From Acidobacteriota bacterium (GTDB lineage Bacteria > Acidobacteriota > UBA890 > WLXD01), in the NCBI GenBank assembly GCA_963666055.2, contig CAXWPH010000012.1, positions 320,001-384,000 of the forward strand: DNA of 64,000 nt. The letters are read 5' to 3'. How positions within the stretch are numbered: position 1 is the stretch's first letter; each line of letters begins with the position of its first letter. The notes under the pieces are model-generated. The model was not told the origin of the DNA and did not search any database. It saw only the letters and a list, made by a program, of their open reading frames with translations. The position numbers and the translations under genes are program-made. Shown here one piece after another: positions 28,118 to 38,535 of this stretch.

Positions 28118-30916
28118 CTACCGGCGCTGCGTATCAGCGCCCTCTGCCGCGGCCTCCTCCTCGTCCTCCTCCACGTCGGCCTCGTCGGCCGGCGGTGCCC
28201 AGAAGTCAGCGTCGCCCACCTCGCCCGCGGCATGTCCGCCGTGAAACAGCAGCGCGTTGAACAGCGTGCGGAACGTGCCGAGCGACTGACCGCGCCACTG
28301 CGGCCGGAAACCGAACAGGACCACGTGGCCGTCGCCGTGGTGCACATCGAGCGCCGCGGCGTAGCCTCGCAGGTGCTCCTCACCAAGCAGAAACCCCGAC
28401 AGCAGCGGCGAACCGTACTCGCGATACTTCGCCAGCGCCGCCCCCTCGAACCCCTCCTCGGTGGTGAACACTGGGCTGTTGGTCACCAGGATAGGAGCAC
28501 GCTCGGGCATACCCGCCATAATCGGATGGGTCGGGTCGGTGGTGACCTCCATGATCGACCCGCTCGAGAAGAACTCCGTCCGGCTCAGCTCGCCCACGAC
28601 GTTACGCACCGGCAGATGCAGCTGATCGATGGCGAAGAGGCTGCTGTTGTTCATGCAAACCAGCGTGCCGCCGGCGCGTACGAACTCGTCGAGCGCCCGC
28701 ACTCCTTCGGGTCCGATGCCGCCAGCGTAGCGTGGCGGCACCGAGCCCACGGCGGCGCCGTCCATGATGGCGTCGCCCTGCCGACTGCGCATATCGGCCA
28801 AGACGATCACATCGTAGCGGTCGATCAGATCTCCGGCCCGCATGTCGGCATTATAGATATTGCGATAGTCGAAGTCGTACATCTCCAGCACCCAGCGGGT
28901 CCAGCCTTCATCGATGCTCGGCTGCCATGGTCGATACGACCCGATCCGAGGACGCTCGACCCGAGTGCCAGCAGCTGTGCCGCGCCGCGCCTGCAGCGCC
29001 AGATCGGCGACCATCGAGTTGACGGTCGCGGCATCCAGCCCGCTGATCGCATAGCTGCCTCCTGAGTCCCCGTCATCGGCGACGAACGTCACACGCCCTC
29101 CCCCACTCCAGGCGCGGTTGATGGCACGAAAAGCGTTGTTCTGGCCCGGATCGACGATCAACGCCGGGCCGCTACCGCGCGCCTCCCCCGCCGGCGGCAC
29201 GATTCCCGCGGCTACCGGATTCCTATCGAACCCGACGCCCGGGGCGTTGTCGAAGGGCGCTGCATCCGGCTCGCTGGCGTTGTCGTCGGCGACCTCCCAG
29301 GAAACCGCCTCACCGCGCACCGGTTGCATAGCGGCCAGCACCGTGGCGTCCAGCGGCGACCCCGCCGCCACCGCCCGAACTCCCATCTGGTACGGCAGCG
29401 TCCAGCCGGCGTGATCGTAGGGCAGGTCCGGAGGGCCATCGGGGAACTGTCGAATATCTGGATATCGCTGCACCGATAACAGCGAGTCGGTGAAGCTCCC
29501 GGTCGAGCGGTCCAGCGGGATCACCCAGGTGCCGGCCGCGAACGTCTGCTGCTCGAACGTTACCTGCTCGGTGAGTTGGTATAAGGAAACGCTGTGGTAG
29601 GCGAGCCGCCGCAACATTTCCACCGCCGCCACCGGATCGCGCTGCTGCTGGGGCACGAAATACGCGTAGCGCGGTCCTTCACGGAAGCCCTGAATTGTGT
29701 CCCGCGCCGCCTGGTAGCGGTTGTAGAGAATGTCCCAGCGATACTTGGCAGCCACATCGAGCGTCGACGTCGAGGTGGCGAGCATGTAGTCGACCGAGTC
29801 GCGCAGGCGCCACCAGCCACCTCTCCAGAGGCTGGCATGCAACGTCCCCGGCAGCAGCGCTCGATCGTCTGGCGGGAAATCGCGCACCGTGTAAAACCGC
29901 GGCGTTGGCGAGCCGTGGAGGCCCGCCTCGCTGAACATGATGACGATGTTGTGGAAGAAGTTGATGAAGTCGATGTAGCCGGGGTACCACGCGTCGTACA
30001 CCTCGCCCATGTGCTCGGCCCCCGGCAGCCCACGCTCATCGAGCGCCGCCGCCGCCGCCGTTCCCATGAGGTTCACCATGCGGTTCATCAGCGGGTGCAC
30101 GTTCGGATAGATTGGCTCGCCATAGGGCGGCAGCCAGATCGTCGCCGGCATGCTCGCCGTCATGTGGTGACTGTAGATGACCTGCGGCTCCCAGTGCCGG
30201 TTCACACCCACGGCGACCCGCGACTCGAGCATGTTGAGCCCGTAGCCGTCGCGGTTGTTGTCGTGGCCGATGTACTTCTGGTACAAGCGCGGCAGGCGAG
30301 CAGTCTCGTACGGAGTGCCGAGGTTCTCCGCATACCAGTCGGCAACCATGGTCTGGCCGTCGGGATTGATCGACGGCCACAGCAACAGGATCACGTTGTC
30401 GAGAATGGCACGCCCCTCGGCACCCTCCTTCTCGGTGACGATGTCGTAGGCCAGTTGAATCGTGTGTTGAGCGTGAGCCGTCTCGCTGGCGTGCAGGCCG
30501 CCGTCGATGGCGACAATCGCCTTGCCCTCATCGGCCAACTGGCGGGCCGCTTCGTCGGTGAGGTCGTCGGGATGGGCCAGCCGCAGCGCGATCTCGCGAT
30601 AGCGCTCGACGTTGGCCAGGTTCTCTGCCGAGGAGATCAACGCGATGTACGTGGCACGACCCTCAGAGGTGCGCCCGACCTGCCGCAGTTCGACACGGTC
30701 GGACGCTGCCGCCAGGGCCCGAAAGTAGGCGATCGACTGCTCGTAGTTGGCGAGCTTGAAGTCGTCGCCGACGCGGAAGCCGAGCACCGACTCCGGTGTG
30801 GGTATGCCGGCAGTGGGATCCTGCGGGGCGCCGGAAGCCGCAGCGGCCGGTGCCGTGCTCAAGCTAACGACCGTTATCAGGCCCAGCGACAACCTGGCGA
30901 GTGCCTTCGAGCTCAT
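28118..30916 (-). CDS. M14-family zinc carboxypeptidase, secreted
   Basis: Signal peptide; GGLHASE, NPDG, GHDNNRD, DEGWTRW, FRPQWRGQ. Confidence 0.88.
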   Translation of the reverse strand: MSSKALARLSLGLITVVSLSTAPAAAASGAPQDPTAGIPTPESVLGFRVGDDFKLANYEQSIAYFRALAAASDRVELRQVGRTSEGRATYIALISSAENLANVERYREIALRLAHPDDLTDEAARQLADEGKAIVAIDGGLHASETAHAQHTIQLAYDIVTEKEGAEGRAILDNVILLLWPSINPDGQTMVADWYAENLGTPYETARLPRLYQKYIGHDNNRDGYGLNMLESRVAVGVNRHWEPQVIYSHHMTASMPATIWLPPYGEPIYPNVHPLMNRMVNLMGTAAAAALDERGLPGAEHMGEVYDAWYPGYIDFINFFHNIVIMFSEAGLHGSPTPRFYTVRDFPPDDRALLPGTLHASLWRGGWWRLRDSVDYMLATSTSTLDVAAKYRWDILYNRYQAARDTIQGFREGPRYAYFVPQQQRDPVAAVEMLRRLAYHSVSLYQLTEQVTFEQQTFAAGTWVIPLDRSTGSFTDSLLSVQRYPDIRQFPDGPPDLPYDHAGWTLPYQMGVRAVAAGSPLDATVLAAMQPVRGEAVSWEVADDNASEPDAAPFDNAPGVGFDRNPVAAGIVPPAGEARGSGPALIVDPGQNNAFRAINRAWSGGGRVTFVADDGDSGGSYAISGLDAATVNSMVADLALQARRGTAAGTRVERPRIGSYRPWQPSIDEGWTRWVLEMYDFDYRNIYNADMRAGDLIDRYDVIVLADMRSRQGDAIMDGAAVGSVPPRYAGGIGPEGVRALDEFVRAGGTLVCMNNSSLFAIDQLHLPVRNVVGELSRTEFFSSGSIMEVTTDPTHPIMAGMPERAPILVTNSPVFTTEEGFEGAALAKYREYGSPLLSGFLLGEEHLRGYAAALDVHHGDGHVVLFGFRPQWRGQSLGTFRTLFNALLFHGGHAAGEVGDADFWAPPADEADVEEDEEEAAAEGADTQRR

Positions 30917-31064
30917 TGCGCCCCCTCGTATCACGTCGGTAACCGATCTAGTCCAGGCGATTCTCGGCGAAGTAACACCGAATGTGAAGGGCCCTCGCAG
31001 GATCGGTCGGAAGGCCAGGACTGGTATCTTGATGGCGCCCCTCTCCACCTCGAAGGACGACTCG

Positions 31065-32012
31065 ATGTCTGAGCGCAACCAGCCCCTCGGTGGCAACGAG
31101 ATGCCCCGCTTCGGCGGCCCAGGCACCATGATGCGGTTGCCCTCCCGACCGGACGCGGCCGGCCTCGACGCATGCTTCGTCGGCGTACCGATGGATATTG
31201 GCGCCTCGAATCGCCCGGGGACCCGGTACGGGCCACGCTATATCCGCATGGAATCGGCGCTAATCCGCCCGTACCACATGGCCACTCGCGCGGCGCCGTT
31301 CGATTCGCTGACCGTCGCGGATATCGGCGACGTGGCCATCAACACCTTCAACCTGAAGGCGTCGGTCGACATCATCACAGCGGCGTACGACGAGATCCTG
31401 GCGCACGACTGCGTCCCCCTGACGCTCGGCGGCGACCACACCATCGTATTGCCGATCCTGCGCGCCATGCGCAAAAAGTACGGTCCCGTCGGGGTGGTGC
31501 ATGTCGACGCCCACACCGACATCAATGACGAGATGTTCGGTGAGGACATCGCCCACGGAACCCCGTTTCGGCGCGCCGTGGAGGAGGGACTCATCGAGCC
31601 GCGGCGCACCGTGCAGATCGGCGTGCGCGGCAGCGGATACGCGCCCGATGACTTCGATTGGTCGCGCCGGCAGGGCATCCGGGTGGTCGAAGCGGAACAG
31701 TACTGGCATCGCTCGCTGAGCCCCTTGATGGACGAGGTTCGCGAGCAACTCGGCGCCGGGCCCGTTTACGTGAGCTTCGATATAGACAGCCTCGACCCGG
31801 CCTATGCGCCGGGAACCGGCACGCCGGAGATCGGCGGCCTGACCTCCATCCAAGGTCTGGAGATCGTCCGCGGATGCCACGGAATGGATATCATCGGTGG
31901 CGACCTGGTAGAGGTCTCACCGCCCTACGACACCTCCGGCAACACGGCGCTGACCGGGGCTAACATTCTGTTCGAGATCCTCTGTGTGCTTCCTGGCGTA
32001 AAGAGAGGGTGA
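31065..32012 (+). CDS. speB: Ureohydrolase (agmatinase/guanidinobutyrase-like)
   Basis: QPLGGNEMPRFGG (GbuA-like N-terminus), GGDHT, DAHTD, HGTPF, SFDIDSLDPAYAPGTGTPE. Confidence 0.85.
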   Translation: MSERNQPLGGNEMPRFGGPGTMMRLPSRPDAAGLDACFVGVPMDIGASNRPGTRYGPRYIRMESALIRPYHMATRAAPFDSLTVADIGDVAINTFNLKASVDIITAAYDEILAHDCVPLTLGGDHTIVLPILRAMRKKYGPVGVVHVDAHTDINDEMFGEDIAHGTPFRRAVEEGLIEPRRTVQIGVRGSGYAPDDFDWSRRQGIRVVEAEQYWHRSLSPLMDEVREQLGAGPVYVSFDIDSLDPAYAPGTGTPEIGGLTSIQGLEIVRGCHGMDIIGGDLVEVSPPYDTSGNTALTGANILFEILCVLPGVKRG

Positions 32013-32015
32013 ACG

Positions 32016-33407
32016 ATGGCGACGATGGATAAGGACGTGCTCGACTCCGAAGACATCTGGCGCAAGGATCGCGACCACCTATTGCATCCCTGGACCCATT
32101 TCGATTCGTTTCGTGACGAGGGCTCGCTGGCCATCGCGCGCGGCGACGGCTGCTACATCTTCGACACCGACGGCCGCCGCTACCTGGACGCTAACGGCGG
32201 GCTGTGGTGCAACAACATCGGGCTTGGCCGCAAGGAGATGGCCACCGCCATCGCAGATCAGGTCGAGCGGCTGGCGTATTCCAACACCTTCTCCGACATG
32301 ACCAGCGTGCCGGCCGCGGAGCTTGCGGCGAAACTGGCCGAGATCGCGCCCGGAAGCCTCAACCACGTCTTCTTCACCACCGGCGGCTCGCAGGCGATCG
32401 ACACCGCGTACCGGCTCATCCAGTTCTATCAGCGCACGCGCGACAAGGCCGAGAAGCGACACATCATCTCCCGCGACGGCTCCTATCACGGCTCGACATA
32501 CATGGCGATGTCGATCGGCGGGAAAAAAGCCGACCATATCCCGCAGTTTGATTACGAAACCGAAACGATTCACCACGTGTCGGCACCCAACTGCTACCGC
32601 GCCCCCGATGGCATGTCGGAGAGCGAGTTCTGCGATCACCTCATCGACGAGCTCGAGGACCAGATCCAACAGCTTGGGCCAGACAAGGTCGCCGCCTTCT
32701 TCGCCGAGCCCATCATGGGTGCAGGAGGCGTGATCGTGCCGCCAGCCGACTATCACCGCCGCACACGGGAGGTATGTACAGAGCACGACGTGCTGTACGT
32801 GAGCGATGAGGTGGTAACCGGGTTCGGTCGTCTCGGGCAATGGTTCTCGGCCAAAGACGTGTTCGGCATCGAGCCTGACCTGATCACCTGCGCCAAGGGC
32901 ATCACCTCTGGCTACCTGCCGCTGGGTGCACTGCTGTATTCGGATGAGATTCACGAGGTCATCAACGGCCCGGACCCCGACCGCGTGTTCGCTCACGGGT
33001 TTACCTATTCCGGGCACCCCGTATGCTGTGCAGCGGCGCTCGAGAACATCCGCATCATGGAAGACGAGCGCATCCTGGAGGGCGTGCGCGAGACTGGCCC
33101 CTATCTGCAGGAGCGTCTGCGAGGGCTCCTCGAGCTGCCGACGGTAGGCGACGTGCGCGGCCACCATCTGATGGCCTGTGTCGAAAGCGTCGAGGACAAG
33201 GCCACAAAGACGCCGTTTCCCGCCAGCGTCAATATTGGCAAGCGCGTTTCGAGCAAGTGTCAGGAGGCCGGGCTCATCGTGCGCCCCATCGCCCACCTGA
33301 ACGTCCTCTCCCCCTCGCTCATCATCACGCGTGAGGAGATCGACTTCTGTGTCGATACGCTTACCGAAGCAATGATCGCCGTCGGCAAGGATCTCGGTAT
33401 CACCTAA
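32016..33407 (+). CDS. Class III PLP aminotransferase (omega-amine/polyamine type)
   Basis: LHPWT, GGLWC, SYHGST, AEPIMGAGG, DEVVTGFGR, AKGITSGY, HGFTYSGHP. Confidence 0.9.
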   Translation: MATMDKDVLDSEDIWRKDRDHLLHPWTHFDSFRDEGSLAIARGDGCYIFDTDGRRYLDANGGLWCNNIGLGRKEMATAIADQVERLAYSNTFSDMTSVPAAELAAKLAEIAPGSLNHVFFTTGGSQAIDTAYRLIQFYQRTRDKAEKRHIISRDGSYHGSTYMAMSIGGKKADHIPQFDYETETIHHVSAPNCYRAPDGMSESEFCDHLIDELEDQIQQLGPDKVAAFFAEPIMGAGGVIVPPADYHRRTREVCTEHDVLYVSDEVVTGFGRLGQWFSAKDVFGIEPDLITCAKGITSGYLPLGALLYSDEIHEVINGPDPDRVFAHGFTYSGHPVCCAAALENIRIMEDERILEGVRETGPYLQERLRGLLELPTVGDVRGHHLMACVESVEDKATKTPFPASVNIGKRVSSKCQEAGLIVRPIAHLNVLSPSLIITREEIDFCVDTLTEAMIAVGKDLGIT

Positions 33408-33445
33408 TGGCCTGTAACAGGCCGGTCCGGGTCGACAGTTGCGGA

Positions 33446-35056
33446 TCAGAGTCGGAAGGCGCGACGACTCGATTCCTCGTAAAGACGCCGGCTGACGTCG
33501 GCCGCCACCGCAGTCTCCAGATACGGTATGACGATCGTGTAGCCGATCATCTCGGCCCCGGCGACATCGACCAGGACCGACGCCATGCGGTTGCGTCGGT
33601 CGAAAGGCGATTCTTCCCGACCAACCGTCTGGATCTTGTCGTAGCGCACGATCTTCGTCGTCCGTTCCCACCAACCACTCTTGAGCAGCAGCCCCCAGGT
33701 GGTAAGCGCGTAGCCAGCGTGCTTCACGTACAGGCGTGAATGCATGTAGGCAAGCACCGCCGCCGCCGCACCAAGTGCCACCGCCCAGGGATCGAGGAAC
33801 ACCGCACCGACCACCGTCAGGACCGTCACCAAGGCGACCCAGCGCTTGAACACCCGGCGCCAAGCGCGCCGAGCGATCGGCTCCCATTGCACCTCTTCGA
33901 GTTTCACCTGAGGCAACACCTCGCGCAACAGCTGCGGCACTCCAGAGGTCGGGATCATCGGGGCCAGCCAACGACCCTGGGTCTTCGGCCCGCCATCTTC
34001 GAAGTCCGCCTCCTCGCTGCCACCGCCGACCGTCCGCAGCTCGACTGACTGGCGGTTGAATAAACGATGCAACGGCGATTCGATCGTCTTGAGCATCTGA
34101 ATTCGCAGTCGGGGAATAGTGCGCGAGACGCGGTTGAACAGGCCGTATTCGACGCGCAGATCGTCGCCGCGCCGCGTCAACGTGAAGTCGTGCAGTTGAA
34201 ACAAGAACCAGCCGATCGAGAACACGCGCAACAAGAAGGCCGCAACCAGGAGAATGGTCAGACCGATGAAAGCCACCACCAGCACCGGACTGCCCCAGGC
34301 CGTCTCCAACCAGGCGCGCGCCGATCCGGTCCAGCGTTCCGCGCCGTCGGTCCAATCGAGCTCCCACCAGCCATCTTGCTGCCAGAGCAGCCCGACAGCA
34401 GCCCCGACGACCACCAGGCCTCTGTTGGAAATGACACCGAGCTTGACGAGCTCGAGCGCCGGGGTCTCGAGCAGCGTACGGCGGGGCGCCACGGCGCTCC
34501 GGTCGGACGGTGCGGCGGCACTCTCGCACGCCACATATGCCACGTCACCAGCTTCGTCTCGAGCTCCGAATACGCGCCCGCGCATCTCTTCCACGGCTTC
34601 CAACGACAGCACCCGGATCACCGCTTCGGGCTTACCGCCGCTGGCAGTCTCGACCCGCACGAGAGCTACCTTGAGCAAACGATGAAACGGGTTCTGCACC
34701 AGGTCGATGTTCTGGATGCGGGCATAGGGGATGTGGCGCTCCGTCTTGGTGAGCACCCCCTCGCGCACCACCATCTCGTCGTCGGCAAAGCCGTAGCGGA
34801 AGACGATGCACTGGACGACCGCTCTGACCGCCAGCGGCACAATGAGCACCGACGCCCACAGCTCGTAGTTCACGCCGCCCGACGCGAACAGCACCAGGAT
34901 GGCGGGCACGATGAAGCCCTTGGCAAAGTTGGCGGTCGCGAACAGCCACGACAGCGGGTGAAGGCGACGATCAGCCCAGGTCGCGTCTCTGCCAGGCGGA
35001 ATGCCGAGATCCAGGTCGCTTGAATGATCCTCAGACTGCAATTCGATCGCTGCCAT
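33446..35056 (-). CDS. YdbT-like membrane protein with bacterial PH domains
   Basis: RRLHPLS, IPYARIQNIDLVQNPFHRLL..VRVETASG; three bPH_2-like repeats. Confidence 0.82.
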   Translation of the reverse strand: MAAIELQSEDHSSDLDLGIPPGRDATWADRRLHPLSWLFATANFAKGFIVPAILVLFASGGVNYELWASVLIVPLAVRAVVQCIVFRYGFADDEMVVREGVLTKTERHIPYARIQNIDLVQNPFHRLLKVALVRVETASGGKPEAVIRVLSLEAVEEMRGRVFGARDEAGDVAYVACESAAAPSDRSAVAPRRTLLETPALELVKLGVISNRGLVVVGAAVGLLWQQDGWWELDWTDGAERWTGSARAWLETAWGSPVLVVAFIGLTILLVAAFLLRVFSIGWFLFQLHDFTLTRRGDDLRVEYGLFNRVSRTIPRLRIQMLKTIESPLHRLFNRQSVELRTVGGGSEEADFEDGGPKTQGRWLAPMIPTSGVPQLLREVLPQVKLEEVQWEPIARRAWRRVFKRWVALVTVLTVVGAVFLDPWAVALGAAAAVLAYMHSRLYVKHAGYALTTWGLLLKSGWWERTTKIVRYDKIQTVGREESPFDRRNRMASVLVDVAGAEMIGYTIVIPYLETAVAADVSRRLYEESSRRAFRL

Positions 35057-35624
35057 CGATCAGGTAGTCGCGGATGTGCATCGCCACCTCGTGTGGCAGA
35101 CCCCGTAGAGTTACCGAAGAGTCTTGCGTACCGGCCGTGTGGATGACCAGGCTGGCAAGGCCATAGCCACGTTGCAGCGGGCCCTGCGACACGTCGGTAT
35201 GCTGCACGCGCGCCTTTGGCACCGACGTCACCGAACGCCAGAACACTCCTCGGTAAACGGTAAAGCCGTTGTCGTCGACGCGATACCGAATATGGTCGTA
35301 GCGGACGCGCGGCCAGCGGTAGCACAACACCCCGGCAAGCGCCGCCAGCACCACCCAACTGGCGAGGGCCGCCAGTTTGAGTGCACCGCTCAGCGGGGTC
35401 GCCAGGACGACCACGAGCACGGCGATCAGCAGGATCATGGCAACCGCTACCGCCCAGATCGCGGCGGTGAGCTGGGCCGCGACGACCGACTTGGGATGCA
35501 GCCGATACCGGCGGCCGTCGATGACAGTGTCCTGGGGATTGGCGTCCTGGGGATCAGGCTCGTTCTCGCTGACGATGCGCGCCGCATCTGCCGCCAGCTC
35601 CGTTTTCCCCACGTCGACTGCCAT
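35031..35624 (-). CDS. YdbS-like membrane protein with bacterial PH domain
   Basis: Two TM helices then RGVFWRSVTSVPKARVQHTDVSQGPLQRGYGLASLVIHTAG. Confidence 0.85.
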   Translation of the reverse strand: MAVDVGKTELAADAARIVSENEPDPQDANPQDTVIDGRRYRLHPKSVVAAQLTAAIWAVAVAMILLIAVLVVVLATPLSGALKLAALASWVVLAALAGVLCYRWPRVRYDHIRYRVDDNGFTVYRGVFWRSVTSVPKARVQHTDVSQGPLQRGYGLASLVIHTAGTQDSSVTLRGLPHEVAMHIRDYLIDGSDRIAV

Positions 35625-35762
35625 GCGGAGATCCTAGCAGTCGCAGGTCGGTACGGATCCTCGCGTACTCTGCGCGCGCCTCTGTGGCCTGGGCGAGCGT
35701 AGTCGCCAAGCATCGCGGCGTCGAGTCGACCGCGGACCCGTGTCCAAGATCGGCACCGTGGC

Positions 35763-36371
35763 TCAGTGCGACGCACGCCGCCGCCCCAGCTCGGCGAGCA
35801 CATCTGCGAGCGTGACGCCGACGCCGCGGCATGCCACCAGCGCGTGGTAGAGCAGGTCGGCTGCTTCGCCGACGATCTCCGCGCGGCGGCCCCGGCTGAG
35901 CGCCACGGCCAACTCGACCGCCTCCTCGCCGAGCTTCTTACCTGCCATGTTCGGGTCCGCGAGCAACCTGGCAGTGTAGCTATCCGCCGTCGCCGACTGT
36001 GCGCGGTCGGCGATCACATCGTCGAGCTCGACCAGCGTGGGGACACCATCGAAACAGCCACGCTCCCCGGTGTGGCAAGCAGGCCCGGCTGGCCGTACCC
36101 GAGCCAGCAGGGCGTCGGCATCACAATCGGCGTGGAGGCTCACGAGCTCCTGGACGTTGCCGCTGGTGGCGCCCTTGTGCCACAGCTCCTGCCGCGATCG
36201 GGAGTGAAAGTGCATCTGGCCGCTGGCGAGCGTGCGCTCCACCGCTTCGCGATCGGCATAGGCGAGCATCAGCAACGTGCCGGTCCAGGCGTCCTGTACC
36301 ACAACGGGAACCAGGCCGGCTCCCTTGTCGAAGTCGATCGCAGCAACCTGTTCCACGACGCGTATATGCAT
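35763..36371 (-). CDS. hisIE: Bifunctional PR-AMP cyclohydrolase / PR-ATP pyrophosphatase
   Basis: [49 protein letters not shown]. Confidence 0.95.
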   Translation of the reverse strand: MHIRVVEQVAAIDFDKGAGLVPVVVQDAWTGTLLMLAYADREAVERTLASGQMHFHSRSRQELWHKGATSGNVQELVSLHADCDADALLARVRPAGPACHTGERGCFDGVPTLVELDDVIADRAQSATADSYTARLLADPNMAGKKLGEEAVELAVALSRGRRAEIVGEAADLLYHALVACRGVGVTLADVLAELGRRRASH

Positions 36372-36446
36372 GGCGTTCTCCTAGTGTCCTGAGTGGCGGG
36401 CCTGGCGACAGGGTGGTGGCCGACCGCGCACCTCCACGACGGCGTA

Positions 36447-37256
36447 CTAGCGAACCTCGATCCCCTCGAGTCGCAGTGCGGCCTTTACCTCGTGGACGCT
36501 GACGGCTCCACTGTGAAAGATGCCGGCGGCGAGCGCCGCCTCGACGTCGACCTGCTGGAACACGTCGACGAAGTGTTGCGGCCCACCAGCACCACCGCTG
36601 GCGATCACCGGAACGTCGACCACCTGTCGAATGGCACGCGTAAGCCCGACGTCAAAGCCTGTGCGCACGCCGTCGTGATCAATGCTCGTAATGAGAATCT
36701 CGCCGGCACCAAGCTCAGCGCAGCGCTCGGCCCACTCTGTCGCAACCAACCCGGTGGCCCGGCGTCCGCCGTGCGTGTAGACGGTCGCAGCGGCATCGCC
36801 GTCACCCTTCGTCGGGCCGCGTTCCCCCGCCCCGGAGCCATCGCCGCTGGGCGAACACACCCTGGCGTCAATGCTCGCGACAATGCACTGCGCTCCGAAC
36901 TTGGCGGCGGCGGCGGTCAGCAACGGTGGATCGTGGACCGCGGCGGAGTTCACCGAGACCTTGTCGGCGCCACTGCGCAACAGCCGTCCAACGTCGTCGA
37001 CGCTGCGGATTCCGCCGCCCACGGTCAGCGGAATGAACAGTCGTTCGGCGGTCTGCCGCACCACATCGAGCACGGTGCCACGCTCTTGCACCGAGGCCGA
37101 CACATCCAGGAAGATGATCTCGTCGGCCCCTTGCTGCTGATAGCGGTCCGCCAGCTGCACCGGATCGCCGACCTCGCGCAGCTCACGAAAGCGCGTCCCC
37201 TTGACGACACGGTCACCGCTCACATCGAGACAAACGATGACGCGCTTGCGGAGCAT
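36447..37256 (-). CDS. hisF: IGP synthase cyclase subunit
   Basis: KRVIVCLDV, VVKG, GADEIIFLD, TVGGGIRS, GADKVSVN, GAGEILITSIDHDG. Confidence 0.96.
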   Translation of the reverse strand: MLRKRVIVCLDVSGDRVVKGTRFRELREVGDPVQLADRYQQQGADEIIFLDVSASVQERGTVLDVVRQTAERLFIPLTVGGGIRSVDDVGRLLRSGADKVSVNSAAVHDPPLLTAAAAKFGAQCIVASIDARVCSPSGDGSGAGERGPTKGDGDAAATVYTHGGRRATGLVATEWAERCAELGAGEILITSIDHDGVRTGFDVGLTRAIRQVVDVPVIASGGAGGPQHFVDVFQQVDVEAALAAGIFHSGAVSVHEVKAALRLEGIEVR

Positions 37257-37825
37257 CAGGTCTCGCCCTCGACGACCACCGCGCCCTTCGTGCTGAACAC
37301 CACACCCTGGTCAACGAGAGCGCTTCGTAGCGCCAGCCCCAACGCCTTGAAGGCGGCCTCGACCACATGGTGCCTGTCGCTGCCGCGCAGCACCCGCAGG
37401 TGCAGCGTCCAGCGAGCGTTGTCTGACAACGAGCGCATGAAGTGCTCGTAGTGACGATCGGGCAACGGCCCGTCGTAAAAGTGGCGTCCGCCGACGTCGA
37501 CGGCCACCTGCACCAGCGCGTCGTCCATGGGCACTGTCGCCTCGCCGTAGCGGCGGCAGGTGTCGGGCTGCGCCGCAGCAAAGGCCAGGCCGAGCGTGAT
37601 GGCCACATCCTCAACCATATGGTGCTCGAGATCACCGGTGGCGGTTACCGACAGGTCAATGCCGGCATAGCGGGACAGCGTCTCGAGCATATGGGTCAGG
37701 AAACCGCTGTCGGTCCGTATGCTGGACCGCTTGTCGTTCCCCGCGTCATCTTGGTCGGAACTGGCGTACAGACCCAGCGCCAGCTCGATATCAGTCTCGT
37801 TTGTCTTGCGTGTGATGGTCGTCAT
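37256..37825 (-). CDS. hisB: Imidazoleglycerol-phosphate dehydratase (monofunctional)
   Basis: RKTNETDI, FLTHML, HHMVED, PMDDAL, HHVVEAAFKA. Confidence 0.93.
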   Translation of the reverse strand: MTTITRKTNETDIELALGLYASSDQDDAGNDKRSSIRTDSGFLTHMLETLSRYAGIDLSVTATGDLEHHMVEDVAITLGLAFAAAQPDTCRRYGEATVPMDDALVQVAVDVGGRHFYDGPLPDRHYEHFMRSLSDNARWTLHLRVLRGSDRHHVVEAAFKALGLALRSALVDQGVVFSTKGAVVVEGET

Positions 37826-38535
37826 TGCCAGTAGGCTCCGCGCAGCTGCTCGACGCTGATAGCGCCGGTGTAGAGGGAAGTGCCGACAACGGCCTCGGCA
37901 ACACCCGCCTCCTGCAGGCGTGCCAGATCGTCCATGGTGGTGATGCTGCCGGCGGCAATCAGCGGATGGCGAGTCTCCGCAAGCAGGGTCTTGAAGAGTG
38001 CTGTATCGACTCCGGACAAGGTTCCCTCGCGACCCACGTCAGTGACCAGCACCGCCGCCAGGGCGAGCTCATCGCATGCCCGCAGGAGGCCGGCAGGCGT
38101 AGACCGCGTATCACATTGCCACCCGTCGACAACCACCGACCCGGCACGCACGTCTGCTGCCAGCACGACGAAGTCCGGATGGCTCTCCACCAACGCGGCC
38201 AGCCAGGCCGGGTCCCGCACGGCGCGCGTGCCGACCACGACGCGCGCAGCGCCAGCCCGCTTCCAGCGCTCCACGTCGCCGCGACTGCGGATACCGCCGC
38301 CCACCTGGACGGGCACCTGAGCGGCGCCGAGAAGGGCCTCGAGGATCGCCCCGTTACCTCCTCGTCCCAGCGCGGCATCGAGGTCGATGACATGCAGCGC
38401 CGGCGCTCCGGCAGCCATCCAGTCCGCCGCCACCTGAGCAGGGTCGGGCAAGCGTAGACGCTCGCGCGCCGGATCGCCCTGCACCAGTTGCACGACGTGA
38501 CCGTCGAGCAGGTCGATCGCTGCGTGCACGATCAC
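37822..38535 (-). CDS. hisA: ProFAR isomerase
   Basis: AIDLLDGHVVQLVQG, LHVIDLDAA, QVGGGIRS, VVGT, TDVGREG. Confidence 0.93.
   Translation of the reverse strand: MIVHAAIDLLDGHVVQLVQGDPARERLRLPDPAQVAADWMAAGAPALHVIDLDAALGRGGNGAILEALLGAAQVPVQVGGGIRSRGDVERWKRAGAARVVVGTRAVRDPAWLAALVESHPDFVVLAADVRAGSVVVDGWQCDTRSTPAGLLRACDELALAAVLVTDVGREGTLSGVDTALFKTLLAETRHPLIAAGSITTMDDLARLQEAGVAEAVVGTSLYTGAISVEQLRGAYWQ

Noticed and set aside
26187-28244. Long antisense ORFs (685 aa here; also 32079-34529, 29594-31072, 9103-10455)
   Set aside because: Shadow frames of real genes in high-GC DNA, with no motifs.
33409-33423. GGCCTGT-A-ACAGGCC palindrome resembling a joined pair of MITE ends
   Set aside because: Only 7 bp per arm, between convergent genes; could be chance or a weak terminator.
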